This document shows positions 62,451 through 64,000 of a stretch of DNA of 64,000 nt, one piece after another; position 1 is the first letter of the stretch; each line of letters begins with the position of its first letter. A program made the translations under genes and the position numbers. The DNA is from Azolla caroliniana. Taxonomy: Eukaryota; Plantae; Polypodiophyta. Under the pieces are notes generated by a model. That model saw only the letters and a list, made by a program, of their open reading frames with translations, was not told where the DNA came from and searched no databases. The DNA lies in NCBI GenBank assembly GCA_043228905.1, contig JBHGNT010000021.1:12276001-12340000 (forward strand), written 5' to 3'.

Positions 62451-63539
62451 TGGGGTGGTCTGGCACCCCTCTTGGCTTTCTTATGTTTTGATTTAATAAT
62501 TAGCTAGACTCTAATAGATCGGGGGGACCTCGATAGGGTGTGGAACTCGTGGGAGGTGGATATGATGAGGGTGACGTTTCTAAATAAAAAATTAAAATGA
62601 CATAACCGGCTTGAGCTGGGTTGGTAGGCCTCAAGCTAAACCAAACTAAACTCAAACCACTTAAGGAGGCTCAAGCTAAAACCGAGCTAAGTCAAGCCAT
62701 CAAACCCCCATATTGATTTAAAGGTTTGGTTCAGGGTTGACCCGAGCTATTGCCGACTCCTATGCTAATCCATGGTTCATGAACACTACAACCGGCTCCT
62801 TGATATCCTTGATTTTCACTAGGGGTGTTGTTGTTGTTATCCAATGAGGCCTCATATAGTAGCTATCCACATAGTCTTCTTCTACAAACCTCTCCATGTT
62901 AGCATGTTCACCTTTATAGGTTGGAGTCGACAACAACTCTAATCAAGCTTGAACCAAGCCGCTTAAATTTTAACTGGTTTGGTAGCTTAATTTAGGCTTT
63001 ATGTTGGTTTGTAAACCAATTTAAGCTTGATTTTGTTTAGTGTGAGCACCGTTAAGACACTCAAACTGGTTAAGACAGTTAGGCCATTTAAGAATTTTTT
63101 ATATTTTTCCCTATCCCCTCCTTCCCCCCTTTTAACTACATCTTGAGAGCATGCCAACTATTGACTCTTGAACTCCTAAGTTGGGAGGCTCGAGCACACC
63201 TTCTATCAACTCCTACATAGTAAGTACACCTCCTTTGGTTGAATCTTGGGTTATAATTGAATAATAGAAATTCACTTTTTGTCAATGGTTAAAGACATTG
63301 GTGTGATAGTTGAAGTTGATATATGTTAAAAATTATGTAGGCCAACAACTAGTGATGAAGTTGACTATCATTGATATTGCTTATATGATTTTATTGGAAT
63401 ACCATTTGTCTAGTTCATGGCAAGAAACAAGGGTAGAATATATGCTATTGTCTAACTCTTCCGCACAAGGTAAGTACAAGGAAGACTAAATTTAAGACAA
63501 GGGTGATATTTGTCCTATCCGTGGGGTTTCCGTATATAT

Positions 63540-64000
63540 TATTCTTAATGAGTTGAAAGAAAAGGTTTATACGTGCTATAACCCCCGAACCAAAGAAGTG
63601 CAAATCAGTCGTGATGTCGTGTTCGATGAAACGACTTCATGGTACCAACCTCTGACGAATCCAACCCCTATGGACTCCATGCCGAATTCTGAAGATGAGG
63701 CAATGAGGCCGATCCAATGAATGAGGAAGAGCTTAGCACTCTAGAGGAGTGTTTGATCTCATTTCGACTAAGTGGGCTGATGGAAGAGCTGAGCCGAAAC
63801 GGCCGATTGTTTGACCCGGTGAGTGAGGAAGACTCGGACGTGCAATTCCCGCATACAAACCCGAAGAGACGGATAACATGCAAGGAAAAGGGGAAGAAGA
63901 AGATGCTGAAATACGGCACTGAAGTAGGCACGTCAGATCAGAGTGAATCTGATAGGGCCATGAGTGATGGAGGTCCTCTGGAGCTGAGGACAGATTCATC
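63540..64000 (+). mobile_element. Ty1/copia fragment (integrase C-terminal region and linker)
   Basis: KGYTCYNPRTKEVQISRDVVFDETTSWY; the following linker resembles that of the element at 1-1686. Confidence 0.85.

Overview
Eukaryotic (land-plant) DNA. A non-seed plant such as a fern or lycophyte is inferred from the Tcn1-type self-priming chromoviruses, the FLDD-type gypsy elements and the abundant AG/AC microsatellites. Bases ~1-55,000 are a deeply nested transposon island. (i) Five copies (labelled A1, A2, B, C, E) plus a fragment (D) of a GC-rich non-chromovirus Ty3/gypsy lineage with tRNA-Trp PBS, FLDD RT, DHG protease and 4 different LTR interiors. (ii) Three Tcn1/Tf1-like chromoviruses, one young and nearly intact at 18047-25241. 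(iii) Several Ty1/copia remnants. (iv) A 6.2-kb templated duplication. (v) A non-autonomous hAT element carrying an intronless RPL21 pseudogene. One host gene follows: a 5-exon gankyrin/PSMD10-like ankyrin protein (55385-59635). Main discoveries: every visible junction of the GC-rich gypsy lineage is at ACGC/GCGT (or its CpG-decayed form), and two independent insertions hit the identical base of relatives' RT-RNaseH connection in antisense, suggesting self-targeting. The chromovirus LTRs carry an antisense tRNA-like A/B-box module, heat-shock-element arrays and a covarying self-priming site. Both gypsy lineages have conserved -1 frameshift signals. Coordinates were counted by eye and may be off by a few bases.
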